A stretch of 64,000 nucleotides of DNA from Chiloscyllium plagiosum (lineage: Eukaryota): assembly GCF_004010195.1 (NCBI RefSeq), contig NC_057749.1, forward strand, positions 23,894,892 through 23,958,891, read 5' to 3'. The notes beneath the pieces are model-generated. The model was not told the origin of the DNA. It saw only the letters and a list, made by a program, of their open reading frames with translations, and did not search any database. The first letter of the stretch is position 1. Each line of letters starts with the position of its first letter. Of the stretch, positions 62,215-64,000 are shown piece after piece. A program made the translations under genes and the position numbers.

Positions 62215-62395
62215 AGGGAAGAATTTTTAGCACGGCCAGTCCACCTAAGCTGTCCATCTTTGGACTGTGAGAGGGAACCCACACAGACACGGGGAGAATG
62301 TGCAGTCTCCACACAGACAGTCACCCGAGGCTGGAATCAAACCCGGGTCCCTGGCGCTGTGAGGCAGCAGTGCTAACCACTGAGCCACCGTGCCA
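62215..62395 (-). mobile_element. HE1-like V-SINE, 5' half
   Basis: Reverse complement of the head and V-domain. Confidence 0.8.
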
Positions 62396-62533
62396 TTTAG
62401 CGAGATGAAAGAAGAGGAGTGGAGAGTGCGAAATGGTCAGGAAAAATTAGCAGGAAGGGAGTTATTACCCAAAGAAGTGAAACAAAAATTGCTTCAACGA
62501 ATACTTATTTTCTGATCTGGTTCCTTACACTAG

Positions 62534-62638
62534 GAACACAAGAACTGCGGGGAAATGACTGAGATTGAAGCAAAAGTTAAATATGTTAAGTTGGCTCGCT
62601 CGCTCCGAACCTATGGGGTGTCATTCTTTTTGGTGAAG
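62534..62638 (+). CDS. TLN2: Talin-2 coding exon 8, EHKNCGEMTEIEAKVKYVKLARSLRTYGVSFFLVK; gene continues beyond the window
   Basis: Acceptor ccttacactag, donor gtaaga; 105 nt. End of F2 and start of F3. Cumulative CDS 957 nt = 319 codons with no stop. Confidence 0.96.
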
Positions 62639-62884
62639 GTAAGAATTTTGCTTGCTTGCCCAGTTTTCATGTGCTTTCGGTGACCAGCTGCACTCAGTTT
62701 GTGAAAAAGTGAGAGTTGTTGTTGCGTGTGTCAAGCATTCAGCAAGCATTCAGTGACCAACACTCGAAGCTATCATTCCTGGACATAGTGCTCCCTGAAC
62801 TTGTCTGTTGGGTAAAGTGATTGAGTTGTTGGGAGCTGAAACACAAAAGTGATATTATTGAACACAGTACAGAAATTTCCATTT

Positions 62885-63470
62885 ATTCATTCATGAGATA
62901 AAGGCATCGCAGGCTAGCCCAGCATTTATTGCTCATCCCTTATTGCCCAGAGGCAGTTAAGAGTCAACCACATTGCTGTGGGTCTGGAGTCACATGTAGG
63001 CCAGACCAGGTAAGGATAGCAGTTTCCCTCCCTAAAGGACATTACTGAACCAAATGGGTTTTTTTCTGACAATCGACAATGGATTTGTAGTCATCATTAG
63101 TCTCTTAATTCCAGATTATTTTACTGAATTCAAATTCTGCCATGGCAGGATTTGAACCCGGGTCCCTAGAACATTACCAGGGTTTCTGGATTAACGCAAA
63201 CGAAAAGAAAAATTGCTGGAAAAGCTCAGCAGGTCTGGCAGCGTCTGTGGAGAGAAATCAGAGTTAACGTTTCAGGTTGAGTGACCTTTCCTCGGAATTG
63301 ACCCGAACGAACTCTGATTCCTTTCCACAGGTGGCCAAACCTGCTGAGGTTGTCCAACAATTTCTGTTTTTGTTTCTGATTTACGGCATCCGCAGTCCTT
63401 TCAGTTTTTATTTTGTATTTTTCTCTGGATTGACAGTCCATCGATAATCCCACTAGGCCGTCGCTCCCCG
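62885..63470 (-). mobile_element. Second-family tRNA-SINE interrupted by a palindromic Penelope-like terminus (family D, 63196-63423)
   Basis: Duplicated tctggattRac at 63185-63195 and 63424-63434; inverted arms aaattgctggaaaagctcagcagg / cctgctgaggttgtccaacaattt. Confidence 0.75.
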
Positions 63471-63703
63471 ATAAATGAAAACAGAAGGAGATGATTCTGC
63501 CCATCGAATTTGCTGTGCCATTGGAAATGATCATAACTGACCTTTGACTTCGGCTTCTCTTTCCCCTCCAGTCTCCATGTCTCTCAGTTCCCTGAGACAT
63601 CAAAGACATTGCTTATTGTAGTCTTTAATGTAGTGAACGAGTGAGCACCTAATCTCCAGTGGGGTAGAGAGTTCCAAAGAACCTCACCCCTTTTGATCAA
63701 GTA

Positions 63704-63922
63704 CAACTTGTTCAGCTATAACGCGCATTTCATTAACACTAATTCACCGTAACACAATTGAATAAATGGGGACGCTGTTTCTAAAGCTCAAACGTTTAAA
63801 ACGTGTGTTGGCTGTAATGCGATTACATCACCGACGCTTGGAACGCTGTTCCTAAAGTACAATTTTTCTGTAATGCGGGGATGCACAAGAATGCAGCCAT
63901 TGCGTTATAGAAAAGCTATCTG
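63704..63922. mobile_element. MITE with TA target duplication (13059-13264 family)
   Basis: TA-caacttgttcagctataac ... gttatagaaaagctatctg-TA; same internal sequence. Confidence 0.7.
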
Positions 63923-64000
63923 TAACTTCTCCTCGCCTCGGTTGTAAATGATTGACTCTTTATCATGAGGCAGTGGCCTCTATGTTACAATGGAAACCAT

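Noticed and set aside
5965..62395. tRNA-like A/B-box sequences
   Set aside because: They are SINE heads followed by SINE bodies; no complete cloverleaf tRNA gene is evident.
44155..62638. Assignment to talin-1
   Set aside because: Diagnostic residues (ICVR.CNVV, RPQK, DHSRTFREQGVDENE, KQR.AEK, EHKNCGEM) and the long introns fit talin-2.
1..64000. miR-190, known to be intronic in vertebrate TLN2
   Set aside because: I did not find its mature sequence (UGAUAUGUUUGAUAU...) by eye, and its host intron is expected much further 3' in the gene.

Overview
Vertebrate, repeat-rich genomic DNA with five N-gaps. It is most likely from a shark or other elasmobranch, inferred from the abundant HE1-like V-SINEs and their partner CR1/HER1-like LINE tails. 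One host gene is supported: talin-2 (TLN2) on the + strand. Its first eight coding exons lie at 44155-62638. They total 957 nt (319 codons, FERM head F0, F1, F2 and the start of F3), all have GT-AG boundaries and consistent phases, and the gene continues past the window end. The ATG exon starts with a splice acceptor, so much of the upstream 44 kb is probably 5'-UTR intron. That region is filled with CR1 LINE fragments, two tRNA-derived SINE families, a TA-flanked MITE family, three minisatellites, a probable solo LTR and a local duplication mosaic. The most notable signal is a set of Penelope-like retroelement termini from several sequence families. Many form short palindromes with 10-15 bp target-site duplications, and they carry minimal hammerhead-ribozyme cores (CUGANGA-stem II-GAA-ACGU/AGCU-H). 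At 39.4-40.1 kb one Penelope has inserted into the centre of another, placing two intact sense-strand hammerheads about 60 nt apart. Repeat boundaries are approximate and were read by eye; exon boundaries were counted base by base.
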